DNA from: Bacilli bacterium
GTDB taxonomy: Bacteria; Bacillota_I; Bacilli_A; RF39; UBA660
Reading direction: 5' to 3'
Assembly: GCA_017397685.1 (NCBI GenBank)
Contig: JAFQID010000029.1
Location: 1,931 to 65,930, forward strand
DNA length: 64,000 nt
Below the pieces are notes generated by a model, which saw only the letters and a program-made list of their open reading frames with translations, was not told where the DNA came from and did no database searches. The position numbers were made by a program, and so were the translations under genes. This document shows, one piece after another, positions 22,982-32,403 of this stretch. Positions within the stretch are counted from its first letter, which is position 1. Every line of letters begins with the position of its first letter.

Positions 22982-25474
22982 TTACTTACCACAACATTGT
23001 TTGTACTTTTTGCCACTGCCACATGGACACGGATCATTTCTTCCAATCTTATTACCTACTGTCTTAGGTTTCTTTTGAACTTTTTCCTTCCCATCATTAG
23101 TTCTAATATTCTTAACTTCATGACGCTCTATATTTTGTCTAACCTCAGCTTTCAATAAAAATTGTGATATTTCCGCATTTGTAGAAGCAATCATTCTATC
23201 AAACAAATCAAATCCTTCTAAAGCATATACCTGAAGAGGATTAGATTGAGCATAACCACGAAGCCCCACACCTTCTTTTAAATTTTCCATCGCATCTAGC
23301 TGATTCATCCAATTTTTATCCAAAATTCTAAGAGTAATAGACTTTTCAAAATCATCTTGTAGTTCATCAGGAAAATCCTTCATTTTCTCATCATAATCTT
23401 TAATAACAACATCATATATCTTACTTATAAGTTCTTCATTATTTAAATCTTCTAAATCATTTTTTACTAATTTTTCTTTCTTAAGTAAATTAGCATTAAA
23501 AACCTCAACTATATTATCTAAATCATTACTAGTAATAACTCCCTCTGGGGCAATATGACTGTTTACTTCATAAGAAACAAAATCTTTAAAAGTATTAAGT
23601 ATTCTATCTCTTATACTCTCATTATCAAGTATTTCATTTCTTCTATCATAAATAATCTCTCTTTGTTTACTAATTACATTATCAAAATCTAATAAACCTT
23701 TTCTTCTGTCAAAATTGAATCCTTCAACTTTCTTCTGAGCAGTCTCAAGATTTTTAGAAATCATTTTATTTGAAATAGCTTGGTCTTCTGCCACTCCCAA
23801 AGAAATCATAACACTTTTCATTCTTTCAGAACCAAACTTAATCATCAAATCATCTTCCATAGATACAAAGAATCTAGAGGTACCAGGATCTCCTTGTCTT
23901 CCAGCACGTCCTCTTAACTGATTATCAATTCTTCTAGAATCATGTCTTTCAGTACCAAGAACATAAAGCCCACCTAGTTCTCTAACACCTTCACCAAGTT
24001 TAATATCCGTACCACGTCCTGCCATATTAGTCGCAATAGTAACAGCATTTAACTTTCCAGCATTTTCTATTATACTTGCTTCACGTTCATGGTTCTTAGC
24101 ATTTAATAGTTCATGCTTAACTCCAGCTTTAGTTAATAATTGATCTACAACCTCACTCATTTCAACAGAAGCAACACCAATTAAAACTGGTCTACCACTT
24201 TTATGTATCTCTTTAACAGTTCTAACAAGAGCTGTAAGCTTACCGTTCATTGATGAATAAATTAAATCAACAAGATCTTCTCTTATAACAGGTTTATTTG
24301 TAGGGATACATACTACATTAGTATTATAAATATCAACAAACTCTTCTTCCTCAGTTTTAGCCGTACCAGTCATACCAGAAAGTTTATTATACATTCTAAA
24401 TAAATTTTGAAAAGTTATTGTCGCTAAAGTCTTAGTCTCTTCATTAATTTCAACACCTTCTTTAGCTTCTAAAGCTTGATGTAATCCTTCACTAAACTGT
24501 CTTCCATGCATTAATCTACCAGTAAATGTATCAACAATAACAACTTTTCCATTATCAACAACATAATCAACATCTCTCTTAAATGCATAATTAGCAATCA
24601 AAGCTTTATCAATATTATGTACTAAAGAACTATTTTCAATATCATACAAATTAGTTAAATTCAAAACTTTTTCTAGTTTTTGAACACCTTCTTCAGTAAG
24701 AGTTACTTTCTTTGTTTTTTCATCTATTACATAATCATCTATTTTAAGATTTTTAACAGTTCTATCAGCATCTTTATAAATATTAGATGACTTTTGAGCA
24801 CCACCAGATATAATCAAAGGAGTTCTAGCTTCATCTATTAAAATAGAATCAACTTCATCAATTATCGCAAAATTTAGTCCCCTTTGAACTCTCCTTTCAC
24901 TTCTAACAACCATATTATCACGTAAATAATCAAAACCAAGCTCATTATTAGTTGTATAAGTAATGTCCGCATTATAAGCCTCTTTCTTTTCAAGAGGGGA
25001 TTTATCTCTAATATTTATGCCTACACTTATACCAAGAAATTCATAAATAGGTCCCATCCATTCAGCATTTCTCGTAGATAAATATTCATTAGTAGTTATA
25101 ACATGAACCCCAAGTCCACTCAGAGCATTTAGATATGCCGGTAAAACAGTAGTTAAAGTCTTACCTTCACCAGTTTTCATTTCAGCAATATTACCACGAT
25201 GAATCGCAACACCACCAATAAGTTGAACTCTGAAAGGTTTTTCTTTTAAAACTCTAAAACAAGCTTCTCTCGCAACCGCAAAAGCTTCTACTAAAATATC
25301 ATCAAGACTCTCCCCTTTTTCAAGTCTACTTTTAAACTCATCAGTTTTAGCTTTTAATTCAACATCTGTTAAAGACTGCATCTTATCATCTAATAACTCT
25401 ATTTCATCAACAATTTTGTTAATCCTTTTTAATTCTTTTGTTTCATAATCAAATATGCTTTTAAATAATTTCAT
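22982..25474 (-). CDS. secA: Preprotein translocase ATPase SecA
   Basis: DEAD-like motor motifs (MKTGEGKT, DEVDSILIDEARTPLIISG, TNMAGRGTDI) and the C-terminal zinc motif CPCGSGKKYKQCCGK. ATG at 25474 follows RBS GAGGTGG; the track start is 25486. Confidence 0.97.
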   Translation of the reverse strand: MKLFKSIFDYETKELKRINKIVDEIELLDDKMQSLTDVELKAKTDEFKSRLEKGESLDDILVEAFAVAREACFRVLKEKPFRVQLIGGVAIHRGNIAEMKTGEGKTLTTVLPAYLNALSGLGVHVITTNEYLSTRNAEWMGPIYEFLGISVGINIRDKSPLEKKEAYNADITYTTNNELGFDYLRDNMVVRSERRVQRGLNFAIIDEVDSILIDEARTPLIISGGAQKSSNIYKDADRTVKNLKIDDYVIDEKTKKVTLTEEGVQKLEKVLNLTNLYDIENSSLVHNIDKALIANYAFKRDVDYVVDNGKVVIVDTFTGRLMHGRQFSEGLHQALEAKEGVEINEETKTLATITFQNLFRMYNKLSGMTGTAKTEEEEFVDIYNTNVVCIPTNKPVIREDLVDLIYSSMNGKLTALVRTVKEIHKSGRPVLIGVASVEMSEVVDQLLTKAGVKHELLNAKNHEREASIIENAGKLNAVTIATNMAGRGTDIKLGEGVRELGGLYVLGTERHDSRRIDNQLRGRAGRQGDPGTSRFFVSMEDDLMIKFGSERMKSVMISLGVAEDQAISNKMISKNLETAQKKVEGFNFDRRKGLLDFDNVISKQREIIYDRRNEILDNESIRDRILNTFKDFVSYEVNSHIAPEGVITSNDLDNIVEVFNANLLKKEKLVKNDLEDLNNEELISKIYDVVIKDYDEKMKDFPDELQDDFEKSITLRILDKNWMNQLDAMENLKEGVGLRGYAQSNPLQVYALEGFDLFDRMIASTNAEISQFLLKAEVRQNIERHEVKNIRTNDGKEKVQKKPKTVGNKIGRNDPCPCGSGKKYKQCCGK

Positions 25475-25547
25475 AAGCCACCTCATAATAAATTATATCA
25501 AAAAAGAGTTAATATACCAATAACTCTTTTTAATTTCACAAAATTTA

Positions 25548-26075
25548 CTAATTTACTTCTATAAGTCCATAATCTCCATCTTTTCTTTTATAAATAACGC
25601 ATGTCTTATTACTATCTACATCTTTAAACACAAAGAAAGAGTGCCCTAAAAGTTCCATTTGAGTAATAGCTTCCTCTTCATCAATAGGCTTTAAAAATAA
25701 TTCTTTTCTTCTAACAACTTTTAAATCATTTTGAGTATCTAAATCTTCTTCAAAAAACATTTCAGCTTCTGGTATATCTTTTACCCTTTTACTAATTACT
25801 TTAGTTTTAAATTTTCTAATTTGTCTTTCAATTTTATCTACAATCAAATCAATCGCAGCATATAAATCATCATTTTTTTCTTCTACTCTGATATTATATT
25901 TTCCACTCCAAATTGTAACTTCTATCTTTTGATCCTTTCCTTTAGTAGAAATTACAGCTTTAACCTCAGCTCCTTCATCATCAAAATATTTTTCAATTTT
26001 AGAAAGCTTTTCTTCAAGATAATCTTTAATAGAATCAGTAACCTCTATCTTATTACCTCTAATATTATATTTCAT
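25548..26075 (-). CDS. hpf: Ribosome hibernation promoting factor, long form
   Basis: 175 aa: MKYNIRGNKIEVTDSIKDYLEEKL... plus a C-terminal dimerisation domain. It sits in the usual position next to secA. Confidence 0.85.
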   Translation of the reverse strand: MKYNIRGNKIEVTDSIKDYLEEKLSKIEKYFDDEGAEVKAVISTKGKDQKIEVTIWSGKYNIRVEEKNDDLYAAIDLIVDKIERQIRKFKTKVISKRVKDIPEAEMFFEEDLDTQNDLKVVRRKELFLKPIDEEEAITQMELLGHSFFVFKDVDSNKTCVIYKRKDGDYGLIEVN

Positions 26076-26182
26076 ATAATTTCCTCCTATAATAAGAATA
26101 CCATAAATAAACTGAATATAGAAGAAAATATATTATAATTCACAAAACTTTTACAAAAGAAAAAACACTAAAAAGTGTTTTA

Positions 26183-26404
26183 TTATACAATAGTTAAGCT
26201 TACTTCACGAACATCAATTGCTTGATTACCTTTAGTTGTTTCCACTAAAGTAAACTCTACAATATCGCCTTCTTTTAAAGTTTTGTAACCATCACATAAA
26301 ATAGCTGAATAGTGAACAAAAATATCTTCACCAGTTTCATCAGCAAACTCAATAAATCCATAGCCCTTTTCATTATTGAACCATTTTACTCTTCCTTTGC
26401 TCAT
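26183..26404 (-). CDS. Cold-shock protein (CspA family)
   Basis: [20 protein letters not shown] (RNP1) and DIFVHYS (RNP2). ATG at 26404 follows RBS GGAAGG. Confidence 0.9.
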   Translation of the reverse strand: MSKGRVKWFNNEKGYGFIEFADETGEDIFVHYSAILCDGYKTLKEGDIVEFTLVETTKGNQAIDVREVSLTIV

Positions 26405-26646
26405 TTCACACCTTCCCTTCTTATACTTCAATAATAAACTACCATGCATAGCTAGCACAAGAAAAATAATACTCTAAAAATCGACATATTAAATACAAAT
26501 GTCGTAAAACACAAATATCATGTCATCAAACAAAAAAAATATATTAATAATTTAAATAAAATGTTATTCAAACAAATAAAATAAAAAATATATATTAAGT
26601 ACAAAAAAATCTATATAAATTATTATATTATTTATTTGGAGGTAAA

Positions 26647-27258
26647 ATGAAACAAGCAATAATAAATAATACTATGAATAGTATTAAAAAATACAAAGAC
26701 TTCAATGATATCAAATTAGCAGAAATAAAATATGGATTAGAATCACTATACTTAACAATAACAAAAATAATTGTAGTAATCCTTATATCTATACCACTTA
26801 ATACAACAAAAGAACTATTATATATATTTTTATTTTATGGATTATTAAGAATATCCGGGTTTGGAGCACACGCCAAAAAAAGCATTCATTGTTGGATATT
26901 TACAATATCAGTATTCATTTTAATACCTTACTTAGCAAAAACATTATTTATATCTAAAATAACATCAATAATAATTATGTCTGTATTGTTAATTCCTATA
27001 ATAATTTATGCACCCGCAGATACCGAAAAAAGACCACTTATACATGCTAAAAAAAGAAAAATTTATAAAGTAATTTGTTCATTAAACACACTCACTTACT
27101 TATTAATAACAATTTTCGCTTATAATCAATATTTCTCAAATATATTTTTATTCTCGATTTTAATTCAAGTAATTATGGTATTACCAATTACCTATAAATT
27201 ACTAGGAATTAAATATAATAATTATAAAACTTATAAAAGAAAGGAGGATATAAAATGA
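26647..27258 (+). CDS. agrB: AgrB-like accessory gene regulator B (peptide-processing membrane protease)
   Basis: A multi-TM protein of about 200 aa, immediately followed by and overlapping (ATGA) an AgrD-like peptide gene. Confidence 0.75.
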   Translation: MKQAIINNTMNSIKKYKDFNDIKLAEIKYGLESLYLTITKIIVVILISIPLNTTKELLYIFLFYGLLRISGFGAHAKKSIHCWIFTISVFILIPYLAKTLFISKITSIIIMSVLLIPIIIYAPADTEKRPLIHAKKRKIYKVICSLNTLTYLLITIFAYNQYFSNIFLFSILIQVIMVLPITYKLLGIKYNNYKTYKRKEDIK

Positions 27259-27371
27259 AATTATTTGCTTCAATAGCAGCTTTCGTTGGAGCTCTAGTTG
27301 CTGCTACTGCTACTACTGGATGTTTCCATCTAGCTATAGATGAACCTCAAATGCCTGAAAGTTTATTATAA
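27255..27371 (+). CDS. agrD: AgrD-like autoinducing peptide precursor, 38 aa
   Basis: MKLFASIAAFVGALVAATATTGCFHLAIDEPQMPESLL: an amphipathic leader, Cys plus 4 residues, then an acidic DEP..P tail. RBS AGGAGG. Confidence 0.7.
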   Translation: MKLFASIAAFVGALVAATATTGCFHLAIDEPQMPESLL

Positions 27372-27391
27372 AAATAATTAGCAACCGCTAA

Positions 27392-28702
27392 TTATTTTTC
27401 TTTTATATTTATATTTAAAATTGAAACAAAGTTACCATTTTCTAAAAATTGATTAAAAGTAATATTTGAAGACTTAGATATTAAACTTTTTAATATAAAT
27501 AAACCGTATCCACTACTAGAAGTTTTACTACTATATCCTTTATTATAAATTTTACTAAAATCAATTTTATTACTATCACAACTATTTTCTATTCTGATTA
27601 TTAAATTATCATTTTCCCTATAAAACTCAATAATAACATACTTATTTTTACTTTTAATAGACGCATCATTTGCATTATCTAAAAGTATACCTAATGCTTT
27701 TGTAATCAAAACGAAATCTTTATTAACAATTTTTTCTATTGATTCCATAACAACATTAGATAAAATTATTTGAACATCTATACCACTAGATTTCATATCG
27801 TATATTTTATAATACAACATTCCTTTTAAACCTGAAGGTAATTTATAAATATTTTTATAAGAAGTTCCACTTTTCTTATATTTATTTATAAAATCATTCA
27901 AAACAATATCATAATTCTTTGAATTTTTATTTTTATAACTTTTTAAAACAATTAAATCATTATGAACTTCATGCAATTTAACCCTATGTTCATCTATTAA
28001 TTTCTCATAATTAGACATAAAATCAAGCAACACCTCATGTTTATGTTTTACTAAATCTGATTTATGTTTAATATAGAATATAACAAATAATAATAAAATT
28101 AAACAAACTAATAAAAATATATTATCAAAATAATTATATGAATATGTAAAATTACTCTTGTATTTAAAGACTAATATTAAAAGATATATCAATGATATTA
28201 TCAAAGAAACAAATATTAATAAACCATCTTTAATCTTATGTATTAACATATTCGAAAACCTTCTGACAAAATTTAAAGAAACAAATAAATAAGTCAAAAC
28301 ATACACACAAGTTGAAAGAAAAACTTTATAGATGCTTGAATTATCAAACTCAATAATCGAACTATATGATGGCAATAAAAAAATAACAAAAGAAAAAATT
28401 ATTTCAGCTATAGCCATTACTATAAAAAACACTAAACTTCTAAACAAACATTCTTTAAAGGAATCTCTAAAAATAACATAATTAGAAAATAGAGTTAAAA
28501 GAAAACTTATTAACAACATACTAAACGATAAATTACAATATGTATTAATTGTCATTAAACATATAGTTAAAATTGTACATAAAACTTTTCCAATAGTATT
28601 TAACTGAAATTTGTTATCTGAAAGTTTTTCATAACATTTATACTGAAAATAAATAGCCATTTCCAAACCTAAAGCAATAACAACATAATCAATCACGTCC
28701 AT
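27392..28702 (-). CDS. AgrC-like membrane histidine kinase
   Basis: Six or seven TM helices are followed by a GHKL ATPase domain (GYSSKTSSSGYGLFILKSL). ATG at 28702 follows RBS AAGGAG and overlaps the stop of the regulator gene. Confidence 0.8.
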   Translation of the reverse strand: MDVIDYVVIALGLEMAIYFQYKCYEKLSDNKFQLNTIGKVLCTILTICLMTINTYCNLSFSMLLISFLLTLFSNYVIFRDSFKECLFRSLVFFIVMAIAEIIFSFVIFLLPSYSSIIEFDNSSIYKVFLSTCVYVLTYLFVSLNFVRRFSNMLIHKIKDGLLIFVSLIISLIYLLILVFKYKSNFTYSYNYFDNIFLLVCLILLLFVIFYIKHKSDLVKHKHEVLLDFMSNYEKLIDEHRVKLHEVHNDLIVLKSYKNKNSKNYDIVLNDFINKYKKSGTSYKNIYKLPSGLKGMLYYKIYDMKSSGIDVQIILSNVVMESIEKIVNKDFVLITKALGILLDNANDASIKSKNKYVIIEFYRENDNLIIRIENSCDSNKIDFSKIYNKGYSSKTSSSGYGLFILKSLISKSSNITFNQFLENGNFVSILNINIKEK

Positions 28703-29399
28703 AATTCTCAAGCTCCTTCTTATGTGCCACCGATAACAAATTCTTACATAAATCATTATCGAAAGTTACATTAAATGTTTTCCAATTTAAACATTTTACT
28801 CTATCCATATTTATAATTGCACCTTTAGTACTTTTTAAAAAACTTTTACCTAATTTAACTTTAATTTCATTAACTGATTTATTTTGATAATAAATCTTTT
28901 TATCCGTAACAATAGCAGTTCTTCTACCTTCTCTAACAACATAAAGAATACTTTTTAAAGGAATAACATGATCCATGCTTTTGTAAGTAAACTTAAAAGA
29001 TTTATTTAATCCAAATATTTCAATACACAAATCAAAAAGTTCATGCAGGTCTTTTACATAATTGCTATCTTTCAACAAATAATCTAATAAAACAAGTCTT
29101 TTTTTAAAAGAACTAAGAGCAAAAGAATTATATGCAGTCAAAACAATAATTTGACTTAACCAATCATTTAATCTTATATCTCTTGCTACATCAATAGCAG
29201 TACCACTAGGCAAATCAAAATCTAATATATAAATATTATTTTCTTTATTGTTCCTAATATGTTTAATTAATTTTTTATCATAATCATCAAACTCATGAAC
29301 TTTAAAATCCAAACTATTACTCATCATGAATTTAACTATAATTTCTACTACTATTTTTCTATACTGCTCATTATCCTCTACTACAACAAAATTAATCAT
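28689..29399 (-). CDS. LytTR-family response regulator (AgrA-like)
   Basis: The receiver domain starts MINFVVVEDN. The C-terminal LytTR region reads IPLKSILYVVREGRRTAIVTDKKIYY. The start is ATG at 29399. Confidence 0.8.
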   Translation of the reverse strand: MINFVVVEDNEQYRKIVVEIIVKFMMSNSLDFKVHEFDDYDKKLIKHIRNNKENNIYILDFDLPSGTAIDVARDIRLNDWLSQIIVLTAYNSFALSSFKKRLVLLDYLLKDSNYVKDLHELFDLCIEIFGLNKSFKFTYKSMDHVIPLKSILYVVREGRRTAIVTDKKIYYQNKSVNEIKVKLGKSFLKSTKGAIINMDRVKCLNWKTFNVTFDNDLCKNLLSVAHKKELENYGRD

Positions 29400-29547
29400 T
29401 GCCTCACCCATTAATAAGAGTATATTAGCACATTCACAAGTCATTTTCAATATTATAAATAAAATAAAATTAATTATTAATTAATTATATATTAAACAAT
29501 TAAAAACCTTGCTTTTTAAAGCAAGATCATTAATAAATATAATATTT

Positions 29548-30186
29548 CTATCTAAAATCCTCAATAGATAAAGTATATAAATTTTCCGGATCTATTACCT
29601 CTCCTTTATAATAAACTTCAAAATGAAGTGTATTAGAAAAATCAGAATTTATACTTGAACTACCACTAACACCAATTATCTCTCCTTGTGAAACTTTATA
29701 ACCAACATTCATATTTACATCGTTAATATTGCTATAAACGGTTGTTAAATTATCATTGTGTTTAATAGTCACAATATTTCCAAAAATATCACTTTCTTCT
29801 ATTGAAAATACCTCACCATCCAAAACAGCAACAACATCAAAAACTTCATTATCAATATAATCTACACCTGAGTTTTGCATATAAGTATTTTCATAATACA
29901 CAAGTGAGCCCTCTTGTTCAGCACTATCAGCTTCAAAATCATAAAAATACTTTCCAATTGTTACAGTGGAAGAAACATAAGGTCTTATAATTTCGCTATT
30001 ATCTCCATCTCCAACAACAGGCATTAAATCTCCTTCAAAAACTCCATCCAAAGTATAATTATAATCAACACTATCATTTAAAAAATTATTAATTCCATTA
30101 AGAATCATAACAGTACTAATAACCATAATAGCTATAACCGCAACATATACTGTTGGTATAATAAGTTTACTATAATCTCTTTTCAT
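29548..30186 (-). CDS. M23/LytM-domain membrane protein (SpoIIQ-like context)
   Basis: An N-terminal TM helix and a C-terminal LytM fold (TLHFEVYYKGEVIDP), adjacent to spoIID. Confidence 0.65.
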   Translation of the reverse strand: MKRDYSKLIIPTVYVAVIAIMVISTVMILNGINNFLNDSVDYNYTLDGVFEGDLMPVVGDGDNSEIIRPYVSSTVTIGKYFYDFEADSAEQEGSLVYYENTYMQNSGVDYIDNEVFDVVAVLDGEVFSIEESDIFGNIVTIKHNDNLTTVYSNINDVNMNVGYKVSQGEIIGVSGSSSINSDFSNTLHFEVYYKGEVIDPENLYTLSIEDFR

Positions 30187-30223
30187 ATTTCACTCTCCTA
30201 AATATAGAGTGAACATTTTTTTA

Positions 30224-31153
30224 TTAATTATACATAAGTTCTACACCAGTATAGTAATGTTTTAAAATTTCTTCATAACTTTTTCCATTTTTAGCCATAC
30301 CTTCCGCGCCATATTGACTCATACCAACACCATGGCCATAACCCTTAGTTTTAATAGTAACAAGTTTTCCATAACTAATTTCAAAATCAGTAGATTTAAG
30401 ATCAAGTTTATTTCTAAACTCTGTTCCTTTAAACTCTTTATTGTTAACAGTAATAGTATTTACTCTTCCACTATTAGTTTTATCTATAGTTATGGTTTCA
30501 ATTTTTCTATCACTCATTCCTAATTTATCAAAAAATAAATCAGTACTTAAAACAACACTATCTTCTTTAAAAGAGTAATTCTCATCCCAAGAAGAATCAA
30601 CACTAACTAAATAATCTAATTTTTCACCAAAAACAAGTGATACATCCTCAGTCTTTCCATTAGAAATAGAAAAATAAAAAGATTTTATAATTTCATCATC
30701 ATAAGTTAAATATTCTCCTTCAGTAGAATTAACAGCATCCTTGATTTTATTATAATACTTTTCAAAACTATCATCCCATTTATCTCTCATTTCATCTTCA
30801 TCAATATAACATTGATCGCTAATAGTTGATGTTAAATCATATTCCTTATTTCCGTTCATTTTATAAAGCGCAAAAGTTCTTGCCGCAACAGCCATCGCTT
30901 TTAAAGCCTCTACTTCAAAACTAGCAGGCATTTCACAAGCAACAACTCCAATAACATAATCTTCAAGATCAATATTTATAATATCATCTTTATATAATAA
31001 ATTAACTGTTTTACTATTTTCTTTCTCATCTAACGATTCATATAAAATATCTTCATTTATAGAAAGCATATCTTCATTTTTTTCCATATTATAAAAATAA
31101 CTATGTATAAAAATCACAGCTAAAAACGTAATTATAATTATTTTATTTTTCAT
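30224..31153 (-). CDS. spoIID: SpoIID/LytB-domain lytic transglycosylase
   Basis: Signature motif GYGHGVGMSQYGA plus ALKAMAVAARTFA. Confidence 0.85.
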   Translation of the reverse strand: MKNKIIIITFLAVIFIHSYFYNMEKNEDMLSINEDILYESLDEKENSKTVNLLYKDDIINIDLEDYVIGVVACEMPASFEVEALKAMAVAARTFALYKMNGNKEYDLTSTISDQCYIDEDEMRDKWDDSFEKYYNKIKDAVNSTEGEYLTYDDEIIKSFYFSISNGKTEDVSLVFGEKLDYLVSVDSSWDENYSFKEDSVVLSTDLFFDKLGMSDRKIETITIDKTNSGRVNTITVNNKEFKGTEFRNKLDLKSTDFEISYGKLVTIKTKGYGHGVGMSQYGAEGMAKNGKSYEEILKHYYTGVELMYN

Positions 31154-31202
31154 ATTATATTTTATTCACAAAATACAAAAATATTCAAAAAAAAGAAGAA
31201 GA

Positions 31203-31640
31203 TCAATTACTTTCTTCTATTCTAGCTATTTTTTCTCTTCTTCTAATATGTCTATCTTCATTAGATAATGATGAATTTATAAAAGACTCTACTATACTAA
31301 CAGGATCATCTATACTCTCACCAATAGCAATTACATTCGCACCATTATGTTCTCTAGCAAGTTTGGCTTCTCTTACATCGCTTACCTTTGCACATATAAT
31401 ACCATCTATTTTATTCGCAACAATACTCATTCCTATTCCAGTACCGCAAATAAGAATACCAAGATCAACATTTCCTAAATTAATTTCTTCACATAACTTT
31501 AAAGCATAATCAACATAATCAACATTATCCTTATAATCAGCACCATAATTAATATAACTAATTTTCTTTTCATCAAAATAATTAATTATTTTACCCTTTA
31601 CATCAATTCCATGATGATCATTCGCAATACCTATAATCAT
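31203..31640 (-). CDS. rpiB: Ribose-5-phosphate isomerase B
   Basis: 145 aa: MIIGIANDHHG..., ILICGTGIGMSIVANK. Confidence 0.85.
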   Translation of the reverse strand: MIIGIANDHHGIDVKGKIINYFDEKKISYINYGADYKDNVDYVDYALKLCEEINLGNVDLGILICGTGIGMSIVANKIDGIICAKVSDVREAKLAREHNGANVIAIGESIDDPVSIVESFINSSLSNEDRHIRRREKIARIEESN

Positions 31641-32389
31641 TTTTTCTCCTTAATCTTTGCTTCTTTAGTATTATCACCAATCTTAACAACATTAGTATTA
31701 GCAAGCATATCATGAAGTCCTCTTCCATCTAATCTAAACATCATCATACCAAAACTAACAAACAAAAGTGTTAAATCTAGTAATTGTACATAACTAGCAA
31801 GATTCATGTATAAATCTTTATTAAAAATATAAAACAATGAAATAGATAACATCAACGTAGCAATACTATTAATTATAACAGATCTTATTAAAACTTGACT
31901 AAACTTAAGTTTACCATCCAAAGAAACAACATTAATTTTAAGAAGTGCCTTTCCAATAGTTTTTCCACCATTAAAATACTGAAAAACAACAAAATATAAA
32001 ATAGTAACAACTAACTGAATAATTGAAGTTGGCATTCCATACTTAGTCATATTATAATTTAACAAAGATAACTCCTCATTTATTTCTTCATCAGTTTTTT
32101 CTTCACTTATAATATCATCTTCTAACACTATATCATCATCTTTAGTATCTTCAACATTATTGCTATCTTCTTTAATATCTTCTTTATTTTCTACTTCATT
32201 TCTATCTTCCTTATCAACATCACCAAGCAACTGAGAAGTATATAAATCCATATACTTTTCATAAGTTTCATTATATTCATCTAAATAAGGATTTAATATA
32301 GATAAACTAGCAAACATACTAGCAATAAACATCACAATAAGTGAATCAATCAAAAAAGCCCCAAATCTCTTTCCAGTAATTTTTTCCAT
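31637..32389 (-). CDS. RDD-family membrane protein with an acidic insert
   Basis: GKRFGAFLIDSLIV at the N-terminus and GRGLHDMLANT at the C-terminus are RDD-like. Confidence 0.6.
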   Translation of the reverse strand: MEKITGKRFGAFLIDSLIVMFIASMFASLSILNPYLDEYNETYEKYMDLYTSQLLGDVDKEDRNEVENKEDIKEDSNNVEDTKDDDIVLEDDIISEEKTDEEINEELSLLNYNMTKYGMPTSIIQLVVTILYFVVFQYFNGGKTIGKALLKINVVSLDGKLKFSQVLIRSVIINSIATLMLSISLFYIFNKDLYMNLASYVQLLDLTLLFVSFGMMMFRLDGRGLHDMLANTNVVKIGDNTKEAKIKEKK

Positions 32390-32403
32390 AATTTCCTCCG
32401 TTT

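Noticed and set aside
26482-26509. The inverted repeat CGACAT-N16-ATGTCG between the cold-shock gene and agrB as a regulatory operator
   Set aside because: It is a single 6-bp arm pair in very AT-rich DNA with no second copy, which is too weak to call.
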